A stretch of DNA of 64,000 nucleotides from positions 132,244,230 to 132,308,229 of the forward strand of contig NC_092376.1 in NCBI RefSeq assembly GCF_030028105.1, in the 5' to 3' direction. This document shows positions 63,070-64,000 of this stretch, in pieces (within the stretch, counting starts at the first letter, position 1; each line of letters starts with the position of its first letter). The notes under the pieces are model-generated. The model was not told where the DNA came from. It worked only from the letters and a program-made list of their open reading frames with translations, and ran no database searches. Source of the DNA: Mobula birostris (lineage: Eukaryota). The translations under genes were made by a program, and so were the position numbers.

Positions 63070-64000
63070 CATGGAGGCACCTTCACGAGTTCATAGAGCT
63101 CCTGAAGATCATGTGATTTCAGTCTCTGAGGCCTACATGAGAACATCCTTCAGGAGGGTGAACCTATGGGAGGCATCTGCACCAGATGGTGGATGTGCTT
63201 AAATACTAAAGAGTTGTGCTATTCAAATGCTTGGATTATTTACTGATATCTTTAATTACCTGATTCGGGAACCTGAAGTACTCACTTGCTTCAAGCAAGC
63301 TTCAATTATACCTGAGTCCAAGAAGAACGTGGTGACCTGCTTTGATGATAATTGTCCAATAGCATTTACATGCACTGTGATGAAATGTTTTGAGAGGTTG
63401 GTGATGAAACATATCAACTTCTGCCTAAGGAACAAATTGGATCCATTCCAATGTGCCTACCTTCACAACAGGTCAACAGCAGATGTTATTTCATTGGCTC
63501 TTCCCTCAACCCTGATACAACTGGACAGTGAAGATGCATATATCAGGATGTTCTTCATTGATGACAGCTCTGCATTCAATACTATCATCCTCTCAAAACT
63601 AATCAATAAGCTCCAAGATCTAGGCCTCAATACTTCCTTGTGCAACTGGGTTCTGGATTTCCTCACTTGCAGACTCCAGTCAGTTCAGATTGGCAACAAC
63701 ATCTGCTCCACGATCACTGTCAGCACAATTATGTGCTTATTTCCGTGCTCTACTCACTTTTCACTTATGGCTGTGAGGCTACGCACAGCTCCAATGCCAT
63801 ATTTAGGTTTGCTGACAACACCACAGTTGTTGGCCAAATCAAAGATGTGATGAATCAGCATATATGAGGGAGATTGAAAATCTGGCTAAGTGGTGCCACA
63901 ACAGCAACCTCTCACTCAATGTCAACAAGACCAAGGAGATGATTATTGACTTCAGGAGGAGGAACCGAGAGGTCCATGAGCCAGTTCTCATCAGGGGATC
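63070..64000 (+). mobile_element. Rex1/Babar-type LINE RT fragment, runs off the window end
   Basis: ORF 63227..63850 encodes VMKCFERLV...LDPFQCAY...RSTADVI...FIDDSSAFNTI...CNWVLDFLT, with RFADNTTVVG downstream. Confidence 0.92.

Overview
This is AT-rich vertebrate DNA densely packed with repeats. The repeat mix (CR1, Rex1/Babar, Penelope-like elements with foldback termini, V-type SINEs) suggests a cartilaginous fish, probably a ray; this is an inference. I could not identify an intact host gene. The recognisable ORFs in the track are decayed transposon fragments or their antisense shadows, and the rest match no family I recognise. The strong minus-strand bias of CR1 copies hints that the window lies in an intron of a plus-strand gene. 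Highlights: (1) three families of short, TSD-bounded, non-coding RTE-type retroposons whose 5' heads fold into atypical HDV-like double pseudoknots, with compensatory P2 changes between two copies; (2) about 15 Penelope-derived termini that together reconstruct a minimal hammerhead ribozyme, several inserted as 130-150 bp units with 14-15 bp TSDs; (3) a precisely bounded Helitron (4958-9165, minus) that has lost its Rep domain and carries an internally deleted chromodomain Ty3/Gypsy element; (4) solo LTRs, a HERO-type LINE end, Tc1/Tigger-like elements and multi-level nesting. All RNA structures were paired by eye and are untested. Boundaries without a quoted TSD or TIR are approximate.
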